From Octopus bimaculoides (taxonomy: Eukaryota): DNA of 36,193 nucleotides. Numbering within the stretch: position 1 is the first letter of the stretch; the number at the start of each line of letters is the position of its first letter. Positions 9,494 through 19,037 of the stretch are shown piece by piece. The stretch covers positions 9,706,857-9,743,049 of the forward strand of contig NC_068984.1 of NCBI RefSeq assembly GCF_001194135.2, written 5' to 3'. Made by a program: the position numbers and the translations under genes. The notes under the pieces were generated by a model. It searched no databases. It was not told where the DNA came from and saw only the letters and a program-made list of their open reading frames with translations.

Positions 9494-10605
9494 CAAAAAA
9501 CATGATTGCCAAGAACAGGAAGCTGCTGCCAGATCCATGTAAGGCTGCTAGTACAATCCCAATTATCACACAACAAATGCCAAGCATTGAGAGAAGAATC
9601 AACACATATTTGAAAGATGTGATGGCTGTCAAGCATTTCAAGCATGGAGCTTTACAGTTCCGATCTGTTTGTTGTGAGGAATTATTTCGGCTCCTTGTCC
9701 GGGCAGTTGGTCGAGAAGGCTGATTTACAGGATTACGTTGCCGCTGTGCACTTCGGTCACCGTTTCTTGTCCTTACTTGTCGATCATTGCGATTTCGATG
9801 CAGATTAGGTCGAGAAATGGCAACCGGCCTGCCAACCATGTGTGAGTTAAGAATATCAGGAAGGATTTCATTGGTATTAACAGTTTCCCCGCCATAGACC
9901 CCAGCATGTAGATCACGAGTCCTTATTGGCTGAGCGCGACCAAGCATAGGNNNNNNNNNNNNNNNNNNNNNNNNNNNNNNNNNNNNNNNNNNNNNNNNNN
10001 NNNNNNNNNNNNNNNNNNNNNNNNNNNNNNNNNNNNNNNNNNNNNNNNNNNNNNNNNNNNNNNNNNNNNNNNCAGTTTGAGGGAACTAGGTCAACATCAT
10101 CTTCCTGCGGAAAAGGGGGAAGTCGACCATTCCCAAGTAAATGAACACTTTCTTCCCGATTGTTCTGGTGCCCAGGGTCATCCGCAGGATTTGATCTCCC
10201 ATCTGCAACATTTCCCGCAGCAGCAGCTGCTGCTGCTGCTGCCCCATTCCCCCCTCCCGAAGTCGATAACTGAAGCCCTCCAAACTGAGCCCCACTTGCC
10301 CCTATATTATTTGGCGCTGCACTTGCAGCTGCTTGGTGAGAATCACGGAATGGAGGGTAGACAGAAAGGCCATTGGAGCTAGAAATCACATCTGATGCCG
10401 GTTGTCTTTGGCCATCGACTCGAGCGACGTTCCGCGTCGGTCGATGACGGCCGGCAACTAGTGACTGGACACTGGTCTCACCAGACACAATGTCAGGGTA
10501 GGAATTTAATGGGTGGGTTACTGGACCAGAACTGTTGGAAGAGTTCTTTTTCGGTTTGTTTCTTGCTTGGGGAGCAACAGTTTCAGTGGTCAAGGCACCT
10601 GCCAT
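9494..10605 (-). CDS. First detectable coding exon of an unrecognised membrane protein (low-complexity N-terminus, poly-Ala, two adjacent predicted TM helices); N gap inside
   Basis: ATG at 10605 in good Kozak context (ACAAGAATGG) downstream of an in-frame TGA. Open GC-richer frame 10605-10073, gap, then an open frame 9950-9494 ending ...CKAPCLKCLTAITSFKYVLILLSMLGICCVIIGIVLAALHGSGSSFLFLAIMFFG|GTAAGA (phase-1 donor, GT at 9493-9492). The two sides are out of frame for a 122-N gap, so the gap size is probably misestimated. Confidence 0.8.
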
Positions 10606-10734
10606 TCTTGTAAGCCATACAGCAAGAATTGGATCAACAACCAAAAATCAAAGGATTTTCTTCTGACGAGTCATTTCAAGGATCTGATTCCATCAGATTC
10701 ACAGACAGCAGCAGTAAATTGAACCAAGAATCCT
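10606..10734 (-). other. 5' UTR portion of the same exon plus splice acceptor
   Basis: Minus strand TTTTTGTTGCAG|GATTC (AG at 10734-10733) after an AT-rich intron-like stretch. This implies at least one upstream exon at higher coordinates. Confidence 0.65.
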
Positions 10735-10888
10735 GCAACAAAAATTTAAAAAATAAATAAAAATATAGTCTAATTTGATAATATTATACAAAATATGATT
10801 TATGAAAATCATCATCATCATTTTTATCAATTAGAAAATTACTATTTGTAAATCTCACAATGCGAGATATTCAGCAACAGTACTTTGG

Positions 10889-11214
10889 AGTAAAGATCGT
10901 TTGCCAACATAACATGGCAGTCCTGGTTTAGGACGAATGCTGCTGTAATTTGTCACTTTGAAAACCATATATATTTCAAACGGGAATTTGGCAGCGCCAC
11001 CTCTAACCAAGCAATTATTCTGTGCTGATGAAGGGAAATAAGCCAGAAATCGCGATACACTGATATTGTTTTGAGCTGAGCGGGGGTGCTAGATTCCCTT
11101 GTTCGAAAATATAAGGACACAGATCGTGTCGTATAGCCAGCTGGAGACTATGTCTCCTGGGGCTAAATTACAGCAACATTCGTCCTAAACCAGGACTGCC
11201 AAACAATCTTTACT
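10889..11214. mobile_element. Non-autonomous element with 50-bp terminal inverted repeats and a central hammerhead motif
   Basis: Right arm 11165-11214 reverse complement is AGTAAAGATTGTTTGGCAGTCCTGGTTTAGGACGAATGTTGCTGTAATTT. Left arm 10889-10951 matches it with 2 substitutions and a 13-nt insertion. No convincing TSD seen. Confidence 0.8.
11012..11068 (+). ncRNA. Candidate minimal type I hammerhead ribozyme
   Basis: GUG (11022-24) - CUGAUGA (11025-31) - AGG GAAAUAAG CCA - GAAA (11046-49) - palindromic stem III AUCGCGAU (11049-56) - AUA cleavage triplet ending at 11057 - CAC (11058-60). Distal stem I pairing CAAU/AUUG. Stem II is only 2 bp and closed by A.A. Confidence 0.6.
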
Positions 11215-11258
11215 ACATCATTTTTATCGGTCTATAATTTAGAGATGAGGAATTCTGG

Positions 11259-11383
11259 ACATTATTTACATTTGACGGATATGTGTCCTCATCCTGTTTG
11301 CTGTTGCCACATCATGTCCTCATCTTGTTTGTTGTTACCAACAAACAAGATGAGGACACATATCTGTCCAATGTAAATAATGT
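11259..11383. repeat. Fold-back element: 45-bp inverted arms plus an internal 20-bp duplication
   Basis: 11259-11303 versus the reverse complement of 11339-11383 is 41/45. 11315-11334 is a perfect complement of 11339-11358 with a TTAC loop. Confidence 0.85.
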
Positions 11384-11456
11384 AAATAATACCATCTTCA
11401 ATTTTATACTTGTTTTCTTCTATGCTGGCATAATTGGACAAAACTTGTTGAAGCAG

Positions 11457-11491
<35 letters not shown>

Positions 11492-11787
11492 AAAATATAA
11501 AAAATAAAAAAGGAACAAAAATGTAATAAAGGACAATAAAACATTCGGACAGATAGATGATACAAAGGCGGACAAGAGAAACACCAATTAGAAGGACAGG
11601 TAAAAACAGACAGGTCATTCGTGGCCTTCTTGCTTCAGTCAAGTACCAGAAGTCATTACCGTTTCGGGCCGTTACACTTGAGACGGTTCGATCTGGTTGC
11701 CCCCAAAAAGTCTAAGCTAAGAGCATATATATATATATCTATGAATATTTCATCACATGTTATATAGTATATATTTCTTTGTATTTA

Positions 11788-11844
11788 AAGCTGGCGATTC
11801 CCTCTGTTGATGCTTTGAGCAGCAGCAAAGTGAATCGCCAGCTT
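11788..11844. other. 57-nt hairpin (27-bp stem, 13 bp perfect at the base)
   Basis: AAGCTGGCGATTC (11788-11800) pairs with GAATCGCCAGCTT (11832-11844). The stem continues with 3 mismatches and 1 wobble to a 3-nt loop. Confidence 0.7.
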
Positions 11845-11931
11845 CATATTCATGCATTTTTTGGGGGGTTTCAAATCTGAGTAATGTGGTTTTCAATAAA
11901 CAAACATATTACTTCAATTTTGCTTTCAATA

Positions 11932-11974
<43 letters not shown>

Positions 11975-12622
11975 TGTGTGTGTGTGTCTGTGTGTGTGTG
12001 TGTGTGTGCGCGCGCTCGTGTGCATGTGAATAAACCTGGACTCCCAGATGATTACGAAGTGTATGCTTCCATAAAATCACCATATTAAACAAATATTCAC
12101 AAATTTCCTTGCATAAAGTTTAGTATAAATCCCATATATGTGTGTATATAGGTGTGTGTTCTGTACCTTGAATAATATCCAAAAGAATTCTTAATCTAAA
12201 GATAATCACATTTCTGACATTCTTAACTTTCAGATATATATGTGATCTATTATCTGGGTGGGGTATCAAACTATGTACGCGTGTGTGCATGAGCACTTTT
12301 ATATATGTCAATGTGTATTTTTGTATATGTGTATAAACATCCACAAGCATTGCAAAGTTATGAAATTCTGAAGAATTTTCAAATATTTTTACATCCAGCA
12401 CTTAAGACAACAAAGACATGATGACTGACAAACCTCCCCAGAATTTTCAGTTTGGTTTTAGGGATAATTCTTGGATACTTTGTCCGTCTCAATGTCTTGA
12501 AACTAATCGACGGAGCACAAGTTCTTGCTGTCCTTCCATCTGGAATAGGTTGGACAAAACTGAAGATTAACATTTTGGATTTGTCGATTCTTTCAACAAA
12601 GAAACCTTCACAAAAGGTTAGT

Positions 12623-12875
12623 CTTTTACGTGTTTCAGCGATTTGACTGTGGCCATGCTGGAGCACCGCCTTTAGTCGAACAAATTGCAAATGGCAATGA
12701 TCACATTTGGACGGTGCTCTTAGCGCTCCACTGGTACAGGTGCCAACACGATTTCGAATTCACTTGCCCCAACAGGTCTTCGCAAGCCGAGTTTAGTGTC
12801 CAATGAAGGAGAGGTTGGCATGGATGCCAGTCATCGAATTTGGTTCGATTTTGATTTCACTTGCCTCAACAGATG
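12623..12875 (-). mobile_element. Family C SINE 3' end (12623-12686) abutting an RTE/family A 3'-UTR fragment (12690-12875)
   Basis: TGACTGTGGCCATGCTGGAGCACCGCCTTTAGTCGAACAAAT, then ATTTCACTTGCCTCAACAG matching the reverse complement of about 2925-2947. Confidence 0.7.
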
Positions 12876-13503
12876 AAAAAACAAAAAAAAGTGACATGGT
12901 CACAGCTGTAACATCTCTCTGATCATAGGTTTGATCTATAAGAGGATGCTGTTGCTGCTGTTGCTGCTGTTGCTGCTAATACCAATTAATGCATCTGAGA
13001 ATATCTAAGCCTGTCCAACTCATGATAACATATAAAGTCCAAAAAGTAAAACATTTCAAAGTGAAAACAACAATAACATCATTGTTTATCTACTTACTAC
13101 AAACAATGACTTCAGTAAAACATTTTACTCAGCTGAACACTAATTAATTAATTATTGTTAGGAAGAGAGAGAGAGAGAGAGAGAGAATAAGATCAGTCAT
13201 GAGTTGAGCCATGATAAAATTTTACAATTGCTAAATAATAGATAATTCCCTAATGGTGATGAGTGTTCTATTATACAACATACAGGATCAAAGTTTGACG
13301 ATTTCATCATCTGACCTAATCGTTATTACAATTTCGGGGAAATCTGTCTGTCGGTCTGTAACATAACTTCCAGTATGTAACCTAGATGACTCATTGGTAT
13401 TGTCCACTTCAGCTTCCTCCAAAGAACATGTAATTTCACAAAGACAAGCAACAATGCAGTGGCAGCATTCTGTTACTGCTTTTCCTATTACCTCACCCTC
13501 TCA

Positions 13504-13545
<42 letters not shown>

Positions 13546-13898
13546 GTTATCTGTAAATATATATGGATGTAATGTATGTACATATAGAAATAATGTAGTC
13601 CCTGGTCAATCTTGGCCAAAAGTGCTTCAGTCAGAACAAGAACATTTGTCTTTTATTCAAAGATACCATAGTGCATTGAGCATCATTCAATGCATCCTCA
13701 CATTTCTTTTTGAGATGGTACTGTGAGATTTGCTGATGATGGTGATGTGGCTACTATTTCTAGCAAGTTCAGTAACCATCTACGGACTTCTTTGTTGCTA
13801 GGTTCAGTAAAAAACTTATATCACAATACAAGCAAGGAGCCAACAATTAGGACCGAATAGTCACAGCAACCAACCATTACAACATGAGCCAACGAGGG

Positions 13899-14100
13899 AG
13901 CCTCTATGTGGTCACTTGACATGCAAGAAATAGCAGCTAAATATCCCTCAACTTATACTCAACAGTTCCAAAAGCGGAAGCATTAGATAACGCGGTCCTT
14001 GGTTCCCTGCACATAGGAAAAAGACAGGATGGATGGTCATGTCTGGAATTCCTTTGGTCATAGGTGTGTTCAATCAGTACTGACCTTCAGCAAAACAACA
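13899..14100 (+). mobile_element. Unclassified interspersed repeat (family F, probably SINE-like)
   Basis: GCCTCTATGTGGTCACTTGAC.TGC.AGAAATAGCAGC.AAAT...GTCCTAGATACAC...GATGGTCA..GCTGGAAT..CTTTG.TCATAGG with a CAACAACA end. Partial copies at 20107-20160, 20395-20480, 28945-29125 and 32475-32600. Confidence 0.6.
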
Positions 14101-14536
14101 GCAATCAGTACTATATTGTAAATCAGAGGTTCCCAACCATTTTACTATCTATTTTATTCTGGTGGACCCCCACCCCCCGTGGTGGTGGTGGTGGTGGTGG
14201 TGGTGGTGGTGGTGGTAGTAGTAGTAGTAATTCCTATCAGAGGCAATGGACACTAATTCTGTCGTAGAATACATGCAACTTTACTGATACACCCTACCCC
14301 GCTCCTACCCCCATCCATTACCTGGCTTTGATTTNNNNNNNNNNNNNNNNNNNNNNNNNNNNNNNNNNNNNNNNNNNNNNNNNNNNNNNNNNNNNNNNNN
14401 NNNNNNNNNNNNNNNNNNNNNNNNNNNNNNNNNNNNNNNNNNNNNNNNNNNNNNNNNNNNNNNNNNNNNNNNNNNNNNNNNNNNNNNCAAACCATTTTCA
14501 CCAATCTTCTACCAATTCTCTCAATTCACCACAATG

Positions 14537-14995
14537 ATAATCATCATCATCATCATCATTTAACGTCCGCTTTCTATGCTGGCATGGGTTGGACGATTTG
14601 ACTGAGGACTGGTGAACTGGATGGCTGCACCAGGCTCCAATCTGATCTGGCAGTGTTTCTACAGCTGGATGCCCTTCCTAATACCAACCACTCCGAGAGT
14701 GTAGTGGGTGCTTTTACGTGCCACCGGCACGAAGGCCAGTCAGGAGGTACTGGCAACGGCCACACTTGAAATGGTGTATTTTACGTGCCACCTGCACAGG
14801 AGCCAGTCCAGCGGCACTGGCAACGACCTCGCTCGAATGATTTTCTAACGTGCCACCGGCACAAGTGCCAGTTAAGTGATGCTAGTAACAATCATGCTCA
14901 AATGGTGTTATGTACGGGCCACTAGCACGGAAGCCAGACAGCTGCTCTGGCAGTGATCACGCTCGGATGGTGTTGTTAGTGATCCACTGCACTTA
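14537..14995 (-). mobile_element. Family A RTE-tailed SINE / RTE 3' end, long copy
   Basis: (CAT)n tail, conserved GGATGCCCTTCCTAATACCAACC and repeated TTTTACGTGCCACCGGCAC subunits. A further short copy lies at 15413-15530. Confidence 0.85.
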
Positions 14996-16829
14996 CAGAA
15001 TATTTTCAGAAAGAGAAAAAGACAGACAGACAGACAGGCAAGCAGGTAGAGATACATAGCATGAATTGAACAAAGAAAAATCTGGGAGGGAAGAAATAGG
15101 GAGAGCATTTGTTTGTAGATCAACAACAAATTATAAGGAGTAAATTGTACAATTTTGGAGAATTGATACAGAAGAAGAGATAAAAGACAGACAAAAAAAA
15201 CAGAAAAGGAAGGAAAGAAAATGGTAAGAAGGATTATCTACGACTCGAAAAATAAGAGTCAATCTTACCAATACAAAGAGATCAATACTAAATGCTTTAT
15301 CAAAGGTCAGTGGTTATTAAGAACCTGTACTCGATAGATAAAGGTCAGTCTATGTAAAGAGACCATTACTCTCTGATAGATTAAAGGTTAGCAATCAGGA
15401 AGAGTAAATCATCATCATCATCGTTTAAGATCTGTTTTCCATGCTGACATGGGTTAAACAGATGGACAGGAACCAAAGAAGCAGAAGACTGTGCCAAGCA
15501 GCAATATCTGCTTTGGTGCCAACCACTTCACAGAGTTTACAGGGGAGGATTTTTCCATGGCAGTGGCCCTCTAGGGGTTATCAAGTAATTTTGAAAGACA
15601 AAAACCCAGATATGAACCGGGTATAGTACTGAAGGAGGTGAAGGGGTAATGAGAGGGGGAAGGACAGGAATGTGGGTCTTGCTGAAGAAGAGAGATGTGT
15701 GGCTTCCACAACTGGAAACAGTGTAGGAGAGAGAGAGAGAGGGTGGAGATGGTGAGGGCATACCCTCAAGGTAGGAGATGGATACAGGAGAGGGGGAAAT
15801 ACAAACAGAAGGGTAAGTAGGGAAGAATGTGAAAAGAGCAAGACAGGATTAGAGGTGGAGAGTGAATGGAGAGCAACATGGAAGCATAGCCAATGGTGAA
15901 TATCAGTTTGGGAGGGGGGGGGTGAAGTAAATAAGAGTGAGTTAGAGGGGGAGGTGATAAAGGACAGTAAAAGGAATACAGTATGAAGGGTAGGGGAGAT
16001 AAATGGTATCATTTACAGCAGCAGAATGAAGAGCATAGTAGTTAGAAGAGTGATGGCGGGGTGGATGTTAAAAGATGAGTTGTTGGGGAAGGATTGGCAG
16101 GACTTCGTTAAATATGAGATTGGTGAGTATAACGAACATAGACAAATCAGTCACATCAGATTTTACATTCTGAGATTTTACCACTGAAACTTATTTGGAC
16201 ATAATTTTGAATTCTTCAAATCAGTCAAAGAACCTGTTGCTATACCATTCTTGTGGTAATCTCAACCTTTGACAATTCAAAGAAACCAATGTCACGATGT
16301 AAAGAAATAAATAGTTTGGAAGTGATTGCAATTCAATGAATTCATTTTCATTTGCTTTTCGTTTGTCATTTAATTTTCTTTCTTCCTCAACTTGTTTTAT
16401 AAGCAAGGTGGACTACAGTCAGCCAGATCAATAAAGTGTTAGGCTATGAATTAGATGATGAACATTTTAATCTGGTCACTGGCAGCTGTGATGTCACAAA
16501 TCAAGACACCTTCCTATACAAAATCTGACAAACTTTTAACCATAAACAATACAGCTAACAACAGGGAGGAGGTAAAATCCACTGGAGAGGAGGAGGAGAA
16601 GGTACAGTTCACAAGAGAGAGGGAGGAAGAATGAATTCAGCAGAGAGGAAGTAGTGGTTATACAAGAAAGAGAGAGAGGGAGGGAGGGAGTGGTCTTAAG
16701 AGTGAGAGGCAGAGTTATAATGAACAACAAAAGTAACTCTGTAAAACTGTATTTTATTAGTTTCTTGTGTAAGGATCAAATTTATATGGTGGTTAGTTCA
16801 AAATTCTTTAACACTTTGTGCTTTTAGTA

Positions 16830-17014
16830 TTGGGTTGTTCGGAAAGTTCATGCCGATTTTTAATCAACCAAATATGAACCATTTTGTTGCACAATGCGTC
16901 TCCATCTTTCCTTTAACTTGAAAATACCCTCTTCCCAGAATTGAAGTGGTTTCATGGCAAATAAGTCGAAAGGTAAGCTACTATAAATCGGCACGAACTT
17001 TCTGGACAACCCAA
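16830..17014 (-). mobile_element. Internally deleted mariner element (185 bp MITE-like derivative)
   Basis: 30-bp TIRs TTGGGTTGTTCGGAAAGTTCATGCCGATTT (27/30) with TA on both sides (16828-29, 17015-16). The minus strand retains a mariner C-terminus FAMKPLQFWEEGIFKLKERWRRIVQQNGSYLVD*. Confidence 0.9.
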
Positions 17015-17098
17015 TAACAACCACGATTAGACAAGATTTTGAACTCATAATGGTGTGATTGGTAAGATAAAATCTGGAATCAAAAATAAACTGAGAGA

Positions 17099-17500
17099 GG
17101 TGCAGGTGTGGCTGTGTGGTAAGAAGCTTGCTTCCCAACCACATGGTTCCGGGTTCAGTCCAACTGCGTGGCACCTTGGGCAAGTGTCTTTTACTATAGC
17201 CTCAAGCCAAACAAAGCCTTGTGAGTGGGTTTGATAGAAGGAAACTGAAAGAAGCCTCTTGTGTGTGTGTGTGTGTCTGTCTGTCTTCTACCACCACTTG
17301 ATAACTGGTGTTGGTGTGTTTACATCCCTGTAACTTAGCAGTTCAGTAAAAGGGACCAATAGAACCAGTACCAGGCTTTAAAAAAAAAGTACTAGGGTTA
17401 ATTCATTTGACCAAAAGACGAAAAGGTAAAAGCAATGCTCCAGCACCACCAGAGTCTAAAAACAGAAACAAGTTGGATGTAAACGATAAAAAGATAAACA
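17099..17500 (+). mobile_element. Full-length CORE-type tRNA SINE (family C)
   Basis: A box GTGGCTGTGTGG, B box GGTTCAGTCC, CORE-like GTGGCACCTTGGGCAAGTG, (TG)n, and the 3' body as in 5485-6218. Confidence 0.88.
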
Positions 17501-17879
17501 TCAACAATAATAGATAAAATAATTTTTAAAAAAGGGAGAGTTTATGAAATGAAATGTCGTGTGGAGTACAAAATGTAACATCCCAGGTTCTTGCACCTGA
17601 ATGGAGACCAGAAGATCAAGGAGTTGTTTGAATTCTGTACTATTGGTTTAAATAATCAAGTATACCAGTGCAACCAAGCATTTGATCTCTTCAAACAGAG
17701 ACAAAACAGTGATAAATTATTATCAATAAATATTTTAGTAGATTAAAAAGCCATTAAGATAATTATTTAATGGACTACTTTTAATTACCCCAAGTCTGTT
17801 TTTAAATTATCATTTTTAAAAAAGATGAATACTAAAGATATGCTTAGCATTTTATAGATTGGTGGTGGTGGTGGTGGTG

Positions 17880-17929
<50 letters not shown>

Positions 17930-17931
<2 letters not shown>

Positions 17932-18090
17932 GGCAGCGAGCTGGCAGAAACGTTAGCAAGCCGGGCAAAATGCTTAGCGCTATTTCGTCTGTCTTTACAT
18001 TCTGAGTTCAATTTTCGCCGAGGTTGACTTTGCCTTTCATCCTTTCGGGGTTGATAAATTAAATACTAGTTGTATACTGGGGTCGATCTG
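17930..18090 (+). mobile_element. Family D tRNA SINE
   Basis: AAGGCAGCGAGCTGGCAGAAACG...GAGTTCAATT...GCCTTTCATCCTTTCGGGGTTGATAAAT, preceded by (GGT)n(ATT)n at 17860-17930. Confidence 0.85.
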
Positions 18091-18509
18091 ATAGATGGAT
18101 TCCAGGGATATTCTGGTCTTGTGACTGGCATGAACTGATTAGATTTTGGGATCAGTCCGGTACCAGACAAGGATTCTGAATCATTTTTTCCTGTTTTTTT
18201 TACTTAACTTTTCAGAGTGGTCGGGTTCATTTTTAGCATTCTCGTTTAGGATTATTATCATTATTACTATTATTACATTGGTGTTGATATTTTTTCAGTG
18301 AGTGAGATTATATGGTTTGGGTTTTTTACTGAACTGGTTAGAAGGAAAAGGGCCAATGTCTTTACTCACAGAATGCAAACCAATTAATTCCAAACATGTT
18401 GAATTAAGGGAGAAACAAACTTAAAAGACAAAATATAATATGGAAATGAAATAAGTTTGAAATTCAAATATTCTCAAAGTAAGGAGTAAAAGATATCTAC
18501 AAAGGTGAA

Positions 18510-18728
18510 TAAACTTTTCTACTCAAGGCACAAGGCCCGAAATTTTGGGGGAAGGGGCCAGTCAATTAGATCGACCCCAGTACACAACTGGAAGTTAATT
18601 TATCGACCCCGAAAGGATGAAAGGCAAAGTCAGCCTTGGCGGAATTTGAACTCAGAATGTAAAGACAGATGAAATACTGCTAAGCATTTTGCCCGGTGTG
18701 CTAACGTTTCTGCCAGCTCGCTGCTTTA
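18510..18728 (-). mobile_element. Family D tRNA SINE, inverted relative to 17930-18090
   Basis: ATCGACCCCGAAAGGATGAAAGGCAAAGTC...TTTGAACTCAGAATG...TTCTGCCAGCTCGCTGCTTTA. Confidence 0.85.
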
Positions 18729-18911
18729 CCAAAGGTGACTAAAGGACACAGGCTGGGCTGTGTTATTGAGACCCTTGTGCACCAACCAACTAGTTTTAAG
18801 TTCAGTCCCACTGTGTGGCACTTTGAACAAGTCTTCTATTATAGTTCCAGGCTGACTAAAGCCTTGTGAGTAGATTTGGTTGGCAGGAACTGAAAGAATC
18901 TGGTCATTTGT

Positions 18912-18981
<70 letters not shown>

Positions 18982-19037
18982 NNNNNNNNNNNNNNNNNNN
19001 NNCCATGAAAATTAAGTCTAGCTATGGGAAAATCCTG

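Noticed and set aside
10606-10644. TTG-initiated N-terminal extension given by the ORF track
   Set aside because: The locus is eukaryotic, and the first ATG in good Kozak context is at 10605.
10919-10940. GTCCT-GGTTT-AGGAC-GAA in the TIRs resembling hammerhead stem II plus GAA
   Set aside because: There is no upstream CUGANGA and the third A is T. It may be a relic but cannot be supported.
14124-14170. CAGAGGTTCCCAACC as a hAT left end
   Set aside because: No matching right TIR or TSD is visible (the adjacent sequence is a GGT repeat and a gap), so it cannot be supported as an element.
14316-14334. Strong minus-strand donor CCAG|GTAATG next to the 14335-14487 gap
   Set aside because: Only 13 nt of the putative exon are visible; the rest would lie in Ns.
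15581-16012. 143-aa Pro/Ser/Leu-rich minus-strand ORF
   Set aside because: It is a product of a purine-rich low-complexity tract.
17099-17175. tRNA gene-like A and B boxes (also in families D and E)
   Set aside because: They continue directly into SINE bodies, are multi-copy and diverged, and show no complete cloverleaf, so they are SINE heads rather than tRNA genes.
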